Assembly (NCBI GenBank): GCA_964016885.1 | Contig: OZ024744.1 | Span: 434,001 to 498,000 of the forward strand | Direction of reading: 5' to 3' | DNA length: 64,000 bases | DNA from: Eledone cirrhosa | Taxonomy: Eukaryota | Part shown: positions 53,101 to 64,000 of the stretch, one piece after another | Position numbering within the stretch: position 1 is the first letter of the stretch | Layout of the letters: each line of letters begins with the position of its first letter | Program-made: the position numbers and the translations under genes | The notes under the pieces: generated by a model | The model's database searches: none | Told to the model about the DNA's origin: nothing | Seen by the model: the letters and a program-made list of their open reading frames with translations, nothing else

Positions 53101-56100
53101 GAAAGATAGCTTGGTGAAGAACGACGTTTTGAGGGAAGACAAGGTAGAGAAAGATAGCTTGGTGAAGAACGACGTTTTGGGGGAAGAAAGGTAGAGAAAG
53201 ATAGCTTGGTGAAGAACAAAGTTTTGGGGGAAGACAAGGTATAGAAAGATAGCTTGGTGAAGAACGAAGTATTGAGGGAAGACTCGGTAGAGAAAGATAG
53301 CTTGGTGAAGAACGAAGTTTTGAGGGAAGACAAGGTAGAGAAAGATAGCTTGGTGAAGAACGAAGTTTTGAGGGAAGACAAGGTAGAGAAAGATAGCTTG
53401 GTGAAGAACGACGTTTTGGGGGAAGAAAGGTAGAGAAAGATAGCTTGGTGAAGAACAAAGTTTTGGGGGAAGACAAGGTAGAGAAAGATAGCTTGGTGAA
53501 GAACGAAGTATTGAGGGAAGACTCGGTAGAGAAAGATAGCTTGGTGAAGAACGAAGTTTTGAGGGAAGACAAGGTAGAGAAAGATAGCTTGGTGAAGAAC
53601 GAGGTTTTGAGGGAAGACAAGGTAGAGAAAGATAGCTTGGTGAAGAACGAAGTTTTGGGGGAAGACAAGGTAGAGAAAGATAGCTTGGTGAAGAACGAAG
53701 TTTTGAGGGAAGACAAGGTAGAGAAAGATAGCTTGGTGAAGAACGAAGTTTTGAGGGAACACAAGGTAGAGAAAGATAGCTTGGTGAAGAACGAAGTTTT
53801 GAGGGAAGACAAGGTAGAGAAAGATAGCTTGGTGAAGAACGAAGTTTTGGGGGAAGACAATGTAGAGAACGATAGCTTGGTGAAGAACGAAGTTTTGAGG
53901 GACGACAAAGTAGAGAAAGATAGCTTGGTGAAGAACGAAGTTTTGGGGAAGACAAGGTAGAGAAAGATAGCTTGGTGAAGAACGAAGTTTTGGGGGAAGA
54001 CAAGGTAGAGAAAGATAGCTTGGTGAAGAACGAAGTTTTGAGGGAAGACAAGGTAGAGAAAGATAGCTTGGTGAAGAACGAAGTTTTGAGGGAAGACAAG
54101 GTAGAGAAAGATAGCTTGGTGAAGAACGAAGTTTTGAGGGAAGACAAGGTAGAGAAAGATAGCTTGGTGAAGAACGAAGTTTTGGGGGAAGACAATGTAG
54201 AGAAAGATAGCTTGGTGAAGAACGAAGTTTTGAGGGACGACAAAGTAGAGAAAGATAGCTTGGTGAAGAACGGCGTTTTGGGGGAAGAAAGGCAGAGAAA
54301 GATAGCTTGGTGAAGAACAAAATTTTGGGGGAAGACAAGGTAGAGAAAGATAGCTTGGTGAAGAACGAAGTATTGAGGGAAGACAAGGTAGAGAAAGATA
54401 GCTTGGTGAAGAACGAAGTTTTGAGGGAAGACAAGGTAGAGAAAGATAGCTTGGTGAAGAACGAGGTTTTGAGGGAAGACAAGGTAGAGAAAGATAGCTT
54501 GGTGAAGAACGACGTTTTGGGGGAAGAAAGGTAGAGAAAGATAGCTTGGTGAAGAACAAAGTTTTGGGGGAAGACAAGGTAGAGAAAGATAGCTTGGTGA
54601 AGAACGAAGTATTGAGGGAAGACTCGGTAGAGAAAGATAGCTTGGTGAAGAACGAAGTTTTGAGGGAAGACAATGTAGAGAAAGATAGCTTGGTGAAGAA
54701 CGAAGTTTTGAGGGACGACAAAGTAGAGAAAGATAGCTTGGTGAAGAACGAAGTTTTGGGGAAGACAAGGTAGAGAAAGATAGCTTGGTGAAGAACGAAG
54801 TTTTGGGGGAAGACAAGGTAGAGAAATATAGCTTGGTGAAGAACGAAGTTTTGAGGGAAGACAAGGTAGAGAAAGATAGCTTGGTGAAGAACGAAGTTTT
54901 GAGGGAAGTCAAGGTAGAGAAAGATAGCTTGGTGAAGAACGACGTTTTGAGGGAAGACAAGGTAGAGAAAGATAGCTTGGTGAAGAACGACGTTTTGGGG
55001 GAAGACAAGGTAGAGAAAGATAGCTTGGTGAAGAACGAAGTATTGAGGGAAGACTAGGTAGAGAATGATAGTTGGTGAAGAACGAAGTTTTGAGGGAAGA
55101 CAAGGTAGAGAAAGATAGCTTGGTGAAGAACGACGTTTTGAGGGAAGACAAGGTAGAGAAAGATAGCTTGGTGAAGAACGACGTTTTGGGGGAAGAAAGG
55201 TAGAGAAAGATAGCTTGGTGAAGAACAAAGTTTTGGGGGAAGACAAGGTAGAGAAAGATAGCTTGGTGAAGAACGAAGTATTGAGGGAAGACTCGGTAGA
55301 GAAAGATAGCTTGGTGAAGAACGAAGTTTTGAGGGAAGACAAGGTAGAGAAAGATAGCTTGGTGAAGAACGAAGTTTTGGGGGAAGACAATGTAGAGAAA
55401 GATAGCTTGGTGAAGAACGAAGTTTTGAGGGACGACAAAGTAGAGAAAGATAGCTTGGTGAAGAACGAAGTTTTGGGGAAGACAAGGTAGAGAAATATAG
55501 CTTGGTGAAGAACGAAGTTTTGAGGGAAGACAAGGTAGAGAAAGATAGCTTGGTGAAGAACGAAGTTTTGAGGGAAGTCAAGGTAGAGAAAGATAGCTTG
55601 GTGAAGAACGACGTTTTCAGGGAAGACAAGGTAGAGAAAGATAGCTTGGTGAAGAACGACGTTTTGGGGGAAGACAAGGTAGAGAAAGATAGCTTGGTGA
55701 AGAACGAGGTTTTGAGGGAAGACAAGGTAGAGAAAGATAGCTTGGTGAAGAACGACGTTTTGGGGGAAGAAAGGTAGAGAAAGATAGCTTGGTGAAGAAC
55801 AAAGTTTTGGGGGAAGACAAGGTAGAGAAAGATAGCTTGGTGAAGAACGAAGTATTGAGGGAAGACTCGGTAGAGAAAGATAGCTTGGTGAAGAACGAAG
55901 TTTTGAGGGAAGACAATGTAGAGAAAGATAGCTTGGTGAAGAACGAAGTTTTGAGGGACGACAAAGTAGAGAAAGATAGCTTGGTGAAGAACGAAGTTTT
56001 GGGGAAGACAAGGTAGAGAAAGATAGCTTGGTGAAGAACGAAGTTTTGGGGGAAGACAAGGTAGAGAAATATAGCTTGGTGAAGAACGAAGTTTTGAGGG

Positions 56101-59100
56101 AAGACAAGGTAGAGAAAGATAGCTTGGTGAAGAACGAAGTTTTGAGGGAAGTCAAGGTAGAGAAAGATAGCTTGGTGAAGAACGACGTTTTGAGGGAAGA
56201 CAAGGTAGAGAAAGATAGCTTGGTGAAGAACGACGTTTTGGGGGAAGACAAGGTAGAGAAAGATAGCTTGGTGAAGAACGAAGTATTGAGGGAAGACTAG
56301 GTAGAGAATGATAGTTGGTGAAGAACGAAGTTTTGAGGGAAGACAAGGTAGAGAAAGATAGCTTGGTGAAGAACGACGTTTTGAGGGAAGACAAGGTAGA
56401 GAAAGATAGCTTGGTGAAGAACGACGTTTTGGGGGAAGAAAGGTAGAGAAAGATAGCTTGGTGAAGAACAAAGTTTTGGGGGAAGACAAGGTAGAGAAAG
56501 ATAGCTTGGTGAAGAACGAAGTATTGAGGGAAGACTCGGTAGAGAAAGATAGCTTGGTGAAGAACGAAGTTTTGAGGGAAGACAAGGTAGAGAAAGATAG
56601 CTTGGTGAAGAACGAAGTTTTGGGGGAAGACAATGTAGAGAAAGATAGCTTGGTGAAGAACGAAGTTTTGAGGGACGACAAAGTAGAGAAAGATAGCTTG
56701 GTGAAGAACGAAGTTTTGGGGAAGACAAGGTAGAGAAATATAGCTTGGTGAAGAACGAAGTTTTGAGGGAAGACAAGGTAGAGAAAGATAGCTTGGTGAA
56801 GAACGAAGTTTTGAGGGAAGTCAAGGTAGAGAAAGATAGCTTGGTGAAGAACGACGTTTTCAGGGAAGACAAGGTAGAGAAAGATAGCTTGGTGAAGAAC
56901 GACGTTTTGGGGGAAGACAAGGTAGAGAAAGATAGCTTGGTGAAGAACAACGTTTTGGGGGAAGACAAGGTAGAGAAAGATAGCTTGGTGAAGAACGAAG
57001 TATTGAGGGAAGACTAGGTAGAGAAAGTTAGTTGGTGAAGAACGAAGTGTTGAGGGAAGACAAGGTAGAGAAAGATAGCTTGGTGAAGAACGACGTTTTG
57101 AGGGAAGACAAGGTAGAGAAAGATAGCTTGGTGAAGAACGGCGTTTTGGGGGAAGAAAGGCAGAGAAAGATAGCTTGGTGAAGAACAAAATTTTGGGGGA
57201 AGACAAGGTAGAGAAAGATAGCTTGGTGAAGAACGAAGTATTGAGGGAAGACAAGGTAGAGAAAGATAGCTTGGTGAAGAACGAAGTTTTGAGGGAAGAC
57301 AAGGTAGAGAAAGATAGCTTGGTGAAGAACGAGGTTTTGAGGGAAGACAAGGTAGAGAAAGATAGCTTGGTGAAGAACGACGTTTTGGGGGAAGAAAGGT
57401 AGAGAAAGATAGCTTGGTGAAGAACAAAGTTTTGGGGGAAGACAAGGTAGAGAAAGATAGCTTGGTGAAGAACGAAGTATTGAGGGAAGACTCGGTAGAG
57501 AAAGATAGCTTGGTGAAGAACGAAGTTTTGAGGGAAGACAATGTAGAGAAAGATAGCTTGGTGAAGAACGAAGTTTTGAGGGACGACAAAGTAGAGAAAG
57601 ATAGCTTGGTGAAGAACGAAGTTTTGGGGAAGACAAGGTAGAGAAAGATAGCTTGGTGAAGAACGAAGTTTTGGGGGAAGACAAGGTAGAGAAATATAGC
57701 TTGGTGAAGAACGAAGTTTTGAGGGAAGACAAGGTAGAGAAAGATAGCTTGGTGAAGAACGAAGTTTTGAGGGAAGTCAAGGTAGAGAAAGATAGCTTGG
57801 TGAAGAACGACGTTTTGAGGGAAGACAAGGTAGAGAAAGATAGCTTGGTGAAGAACGACGTTTTGGGGGAAGACAAGGTAGAGAAAGATAGCTTGGTGAA
57901 GAACGAAGTATTGAGGGAAGACTAGGTAGAGAATGATAGTTGGTGAAGAACGAAGTTTTGAGGGAAGACAAGGTAGAGAAAGATAGCTTGGTGAAGAACG
58001 ACGTTTTGAGGGAAGACAAGGTAGAGAAAGATAGCTTGGTGAAGAACGACGTTTTGGGGGAAGAAAGGTAGAGAAAGATAGCTTGGTGAAGAACAAAGTT
58101 TTGGGGGAAGACAAGGTAGAGAAAGATAGCTTGGTGAAGAACGAAGTATTGAGGGAAGACTCGGTAGAGAAAGATAGCTTGGTGAAGAACGAAGTTTTGA
58201 GGGAAGACAAGGTAGAGAAAGATAGCTTGGTGAAGAACGAGGTTTTGAGGGAAGACAAGGTAGAGAAAGATAGCTTGGTGAAGAACGACGTTTTGGGGGA
58301 AGAAGGGTAGAGAAAGATAGCTTGGTGAAGAACAAAGTTTTGGGGGAAGACAAGGTAGAGAAAGATAGCTTGGTGAAGAACGAAGTATTGAGGGAATACT
58401 CGGTAGAGAAAGATAGCTTGGTGAAGAACGAAGTTTTGAGGGAAGACAAGGTAGAGAAAGATAGCTTGGTGAAGAACGATGTTTTGAGGGAAGACAAGGA
58501 AGAGAAAGATAGCTTGGTGAAGAACGACGTTTTGAGGGAAGACAAGGTAGAGAAAGATAGCTTGGTGAAGAACGACGTTTTGGGGGAAGAAAGGTAGAGA
58601 AAGATAGCTTGGTGAAGAACAAAGTTTTGGGGGAAGACAAGGTAGAGAAAGATAGCTTGGTGAAGAACGAAGTATTGAGGGAAGACTCGGTAGAGAAAGA
58701 TAGCTTGGTGAAGAACGAAGTTTTGAGGGAAGACAAGGTAGAGAAAGATAGCTTGGTGAAGAACGAGGTTTTGAGGGAAGACAAGGTAGAGAAAGATAGC
58801 TTGGTGAAGAACGACGTTTTGGGGGAAGAAAGGTAGAGAAAGATAGCTTGGTGAAGAACAAAGTTTTGGGGGAAGACAAGGTAGAGAAAGATAGCTTGGT
58901 GAAGAACGAAGTATTGAGGGAAGACTCGGTAGAGAAAGATAGCTTGGTGAAGAACGAAGTTTTGAGGGAAGACAAGGTAGAGAAAGATAGCTTGGTGAAG
59001 AACGAGGTTTTGAGGGAAGACAAGGTAGAGAAAGATAGCTTGGTGAAGAACGAAGTTTTGGGGGAAGACAAGGTAGAGAAAGATAGCTTGGTGAAGAACG

Positions 59101-62100
59101 AAGTTTTGAGGGAAGACAAGGTAGAGAAAGATAGCTTGGTGAAGAACGAAGTTTTGAGGGAACACAAGGTAGAGAAAGATAGCTTGGTGAAGAACGAAGT
59201 TTTGAGGGAAGACAAGGTAGAGAAAGATAGCTTGGTGAAGAACGAAGTTTTGGGGGAAGACAATGTAGAGAACGATAGCTTGGTGAAGAACGAAGTTTTG
59301 AGGGACGACAAAGTAGAGAAAGATAGCTTGGTGAAGAACGAAGTTTTGGGGAAGACAAGGTAGAGAAAGATAGCTTGGTGAAGAACGAAGTTTTGGGGGA
59401 AGACAAGGTAGAGAAAGATAGCTTGGTGAAGAACGAAGTTTTGAGGGAAGACAAGGTAGAGAAAGATAGCTTGGTGAAGAACGAAGTTTTGAGGGAAGAC
59501 AAGGTAGAGAAAGATAGCTTGGTGAAGAACGAAGTTTTGAGGGAAGACAAGGTAGAGAAAGATAGCTTGGTGAAGAACGAAGTTTTGGGGGAAGACAATG
59601 TAGAGAAAGATAGCTTGGTGAAGAACGAAGTTTTGAGGGACGACAAAGTAGAGAAAGATAGCTTGGTGAAGAACGAAGTTTTGGGGAAGACAAGGTAGAG
59701 AAATATAGCTTGGTGAAGAACGAAGTTTTGAGGGAAGACAAGGTAGAGAAAGATAGCTTGGTGAAGAACGAAGTTTTGAGGGAAGTCAAGGTAGAGAAAG
59801 ATAGCTTGGTGAAGAACGACGTTTTGAGGGAAGACAAGGTAGAGAAAGATAGCTTGGTGAAGAACGACGTTTTGGGGGAAGACAAGGTAGAGAAAGATAG
59901 CTTGGTGAAGAACAACGTTTTGGGGGAAGACAAGGTAGAGAAAGATAGCTGGGTGAAGAACGAAGTATTGAGGGAAGACTAGGTAGAGAAAGATAGTTGG
60001 TGAAGAACGAAGTTTTGAGGGAAGACAAGGTAGAGAAAGATAGCTTGGTGAAGAACGACGTTTTGAGGGAAGACAAGGTAGAGAAAGATAGCTTGGTGAA
60101 GAACGGCGTTTTGGGGGAAGAAAGGCAGAGAAAGATAGCTTGGTGAAGAACAAAGTTTTGGGGGAAGACAAGGTAGAGAAAGATAGCTTGGTGAAGAACG
60201 AAGTATTGAGGGAATACTCGGTAGAGAAAGATAGCTTGGTGAAGAACGAAGTTTTGAGGGAAGACAAGGTAGAGAAAGATAGCTTGGTGAAGAACGAGGT
60301 TTTGAGGGAAGACAATGTAGAGAAAGATAGCTTGGTGAAGAACGACGTTTTGGGGGAAGACAAGGTAGAGAAAGATAGCTTGGTGAAGAACAAAGTTTTG
60401 GGGGAAGACAAGGTAGAGAAAGATAGCTTGGTGAAGAACGAAGTATTGAGGGAAGACTCGGTAGAGAAAGATAGCTTGGTGAAGAACGAAGTTTTGAGGG
60501 AAGACAAGGTAGAGAAAGATAGCTTGGTGAAGAACGAGGTTTTGAGGGAAGACAAGGTAGAGAAAGATAGCTTGGTGAAGAACGAAGTTTTGGGGGAAGA
60601 CAAGGTAGAGAAAGATAGCTTGATGAAGAACGAAGTTTTGGGGGAAGACAAGGTAGAGAAAGATAGCTTGGTGAAGAACGAAGTTTTGGGGGAAGACAAG
60701 GTAGAGAAAGATAGCTTGGTGAAGAACGAAGTGTTGGGGGAAGACAAGGTAGAGAAATATAGCTTGGTGAAGAACGAAGTTTTGAGAGAAGACAAGATAG
60801 AGAATGATAGCTTGGTGAAGAACGAAGTTTTGAGGGAAGTCAAGGTAGAGAAAGATAGCTTGGTGAAGAACGACGTTTTGAGGGAAGACAAGGTAGAGAA
60901 AGAATAGCTTGGTGAAGAACGACGTTTTGGGGGAAGACAAGGTAGAGAAAGATAGCTTGGTGAAGAACAACATTTTGGGGGAAGACAAGGTAGAGAAAGA
61001 TAGCTTGGTGAAGAACGAAGTTTTGGGGGAAGACAATGTAGAGAAAGATAGCTTGCTGAAGAACGAAGTTTTGAGGGACGACAAAGTAGAGAAAGATAGC
61101 TTGGTAAAGAACGAAGTTTTGAGGAAGACAAGGTAGAGAAAGATAGCTTGGTGAAGAACGAAGTTTTGGGGGAAGACAAGGTAGAGAAATATAGCTTGGT
61201 GAAGAACGAAGTTTTGAGGGAAGACAAGGTAGAGAAAGATAGCTTGGTGAAGAACGAAGTTTTGAGGGAAGTCAAGGTAGAGAAAGATAGCTTGGTGAAG
61301 AACGAGGTTTTGAGGGAAGACAAGGTAGAGAAAGATAGCTTGGTGAAGAACGACGTTTTGGGGGAAGACAAGGTAGAGAAAGATAGCTTGGTGAAGAACA
61401 ACGTTTTGGGGGAAGACAAGGTAGAGAAAGATAGCTTGGTGAAGAACGAAGTATTGAGGGAAGACTAGGTAGAGAAAGATAGTTGGTGAAGAACGAAGTT
61501 TTGAGGGAAGACAAGGTAGAGAAAGATAGCTTGGTGAAGAACGACGTTTTGAGGGAAGACAAGGTAGAGAAAGATAGCTTGGTGAAGAACGACGTTTTGG
61601 GGGAAGAAAGGTAGAGAAAGATAGCTTGGTGAAGAACAAAGTTTTGGGGGAAGACAAGGTAGAGAAAGATAGCTTGGTGAAGAACGAAGTATTGAGGGAA
61701 GACTCGGTAGAGAAAGATAGCTTGGTGAAGAACGAAGTTTTGAGGGAAGACAAGGTAGAGAAAGATAGCTTGGTGAAGAACGAGGTTTTGAGGGAAGACA
61801 AGGTAGAGAAAGATAGCTTGGTGAAGAACGACGTTTTGGGGGAAGAAAGGTAGAGAAAGATAGCTTGGTGAAGAACAAAGTTTTGGGGGAAGACAAGGTA
61901 GAGAAAGATAGCTTGGTGAAGAACGAAGTATTGAGGGAAGACTCGGTAGAGAAAGATAGCTTGGTGAATAACGAAGTTTTGAGGGAAGACAAGGTAGAGA
62001 AAGATAGCTTGGTGAAGAACGAAGTTTTGAGGGAAGACAAGGTAGAGAAAGATAGCTTGGTGAAGAACGAAGTTTTGGGGGAAGACAAGGTAGAGAAAGA

Positions 62101-64000
62101 TAGCTTGGTGAAGAACGAAGTTTTGGGGGAAGACAAGGTAGAGAAATATAGCTTGGTGAAGAACGAAGTTTTGAGGGAAGACAAGATAGAGAAAGATAGC
62201 TTGGTGAAGAACGAAGTTTTGAGGGAAGTCAAGGTAGAGAAAGATAGCTTGGTGAAGAACGACGTTTTGAGGGAAGACAAGGTAGAGAAAGATAGCTTGG
62301 TGAAGAACGACGTTTTGGGGGAAGACAAGGTAGAGAAAGATAGCTTGGTGAAGAACAACGTTTTGGGGGAAGACAAGGTAGAGAAAGATAGCTTGGTGAA
62401 GAACGAAGTATTGAGGGAAGACTAGGTAGAGAAAGATAGCTTGATGAAGAACGAAGTGTTGGGGGAAGACAAGGTAGAGAAAGATAGCTTGCTGAAGAAC
62501 GAAGTTTTGAGGGACGACAAAGTAGAGAAAGATAGCTTGGTGAAGAACGAAGTTTTGGGGAAGACAAGGTAGAGAAAGATAGCTTGATGAAGAACGAAGT
62601 TTTGGGGGAAGACAAGGTAGAGAAAGATAGCTTGGTGAAGAACGAAGTTTTGATGGAAGACAAGGTAGAGAAAGATAGCTTGGTGAAGAATAAAGTTTTG
62701 GGGGAAGACAAGGTAGAGAAAGATAGCTTGGTGAAGAACGAAGTATTGAGGGAAGACTCGGTAGAGAAAGATAGCTTGGTGAAGAACGAAGTTTTGAGGG
62801 AAGACAAGGTAGAGAAAGATAGCTTGGTGAAGAACGAGGTTTTGAGGGAAGACAAGGTAGAGAAAGATAGCTTGGTGAAGAACGAAGTTTTGGGGGAAGA
62901 CAAGGTAGAGAAAGATAGCTTGATGAAGAACGAAGTTTTGGGGGAAGACAAGGTAGAGAAAGATAGCTTGGTGAAGAACGAAGTTTTGGGGGAAGACAAG
63001 GTAGAGAAAGATAGCTTGGTGAAGAACGAAGTGTTGGGGGAAGACAAGGTAGAGAAATATAGCTTGGTGAAGAACGAAGTTTTGAGAGAAGACAAGATAG
63101 AGAAAGATAGCTTGGTGAAGAACGAAGTTTTGAGGGATGTCAAGGTAGAGAAAGATAGCTTGGTGAAGAACGACGTTTTGAGGGAAGACAAGGTAGAGAA
63201 AGAATAGCTTGGTGAAGAACGACGTTTTGGGGGAAGACAAGGTAGAGAAAGATAGCTTGGTGAAGAACAACGTTTTGGGGGAAGACAAGGTAGAGAAAGA
63301 TAGCTTGGTGAAGAACGAAGTATTGAGGGAAGACTAGGTAGAGAAAGATAGCTTGATGAAGAACGAAGTGTTGGGGGAAGACAAGGTAGAGAAAGATAGC
63401 TTGGTGAAGAACGACGTTTTGGGGGAAGACAAGGTAGAGAAAGATAGCTTGGTGAAGAACAACGTTTTGGGGGAAGACAAGGTAGAGAAAGATAGCTTGG
63501 TGAAGAACGAAGTATTGAGGGAAGACTAGGTAGAGAAAGATAGTTGGTGAAGAACGAAGTTTTGAGGGAAGACAAGGTAGAGAAAGATAGCTTGGTGAAG
63601 AACGACGTTTTGAGGGAAGACAAGGTAGAGAAAGATAGCTTGGTGAAGAACGACGTTTTGGGGGAAGAAAGGTAGAGAAAGATAGCTTGGTGAAGAACAA
63701 AATTTTGGGGGAAGACAAGGTAGAGAAAGATAGCTTGGTGAAGAACGAAGTATTGAGGGAAGACTCGGTAGAGAAAGATAGCTTGGTGAAGAACGAAGTT
63801 TTGAGGGAAGACAAGGTAGAGAAAGATAGCTTGGTGAAGAACGAGGTTTTGAGGGAAGACAAGGTAGAGAAAGATAGCTTGGTGAAGAACGACGTTTTGG
63901 GGGAAGAAAGGTAGAGAAAGATAGCTTGATGAAGAACAAAGTTTTGGGGGAAGACAAGGTAGAGAAAGATAGCTTGGTGAAGAACGAAGTATTGAGGGAA
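32187..64000 (+). repeat. 48-bp satellite array, right arm (purine-rich strand on plus), about 660 monomers, variant domain C
   Basis: Same consensus as the left arm but reverse-complemented. Diagnostic variants: AACAAAG, GTATTG..GACTCGG, GAAGA-AAGG (-1), GACTAGG..GATAG-TTGG (-1), AAATATAG. HOR offsets 239, 622, 1243, 1292, 3108, 3443, 5403 and 5692 bp. Confidence 0.98.

Noticed and set aside
32118-63957. Long - strand ORFs and short + strand E/K-rich ORFs in the right arm
   Set aside because: Same satellite artefact. They are repeatedly broken by frameshifting monomers and TAG variants.
1-64000. CRISPR-like or cassette array
   Set aside because: Monomers are head-to-tail with no unique spacers, there are no cas or recombinase genes, and the context is eukaryotic.

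Overview
Eukaryotic (animal) repeat-dense DNA with no credible protein-coding host gene. About 57 kb of the 64 kb is one 48-bp satellite family. Its purine-strand consensus is GAAGACAAGGTAGAGAAAGATAGCTTGGTGAAGAACGAAGTTTTGAGG (36/48 purines, 20/48 G+C, one CpG, one AluI site). It forms two arrays in opposite orientation: 1-25000 (purine strand on -, about 520 monomers) and about 32187-64000 (purine strand on +, about 660 monomers). Both arrays have nested higher-order repeats (HORs) and three distinguishable variant domains overall. A 200-N assembly gap and a 7-kb island separate them. The island holds stacked microsatellites, a near full-length but decayed RTE-clade LINE (APE endonuclease, RT and an inserted C4HC3 PHD-type finger, (GAT)n tail), a diverged palindrome-containing direct repeat, and the 3' end of an L1/Tx1-type LINE fused directly to the start of the right array. 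All long ORFs in the track are by-products of a stop-poor 48-bp unit. The retroelements and microsatellite style suggest a mollusc, possibly a cephalopod (inference only). The most notable item is the HOR-structured, inverted satellite, a candidate (peri)centromeric array. The inversion spans an assembly gap and needs read-level confirmation.
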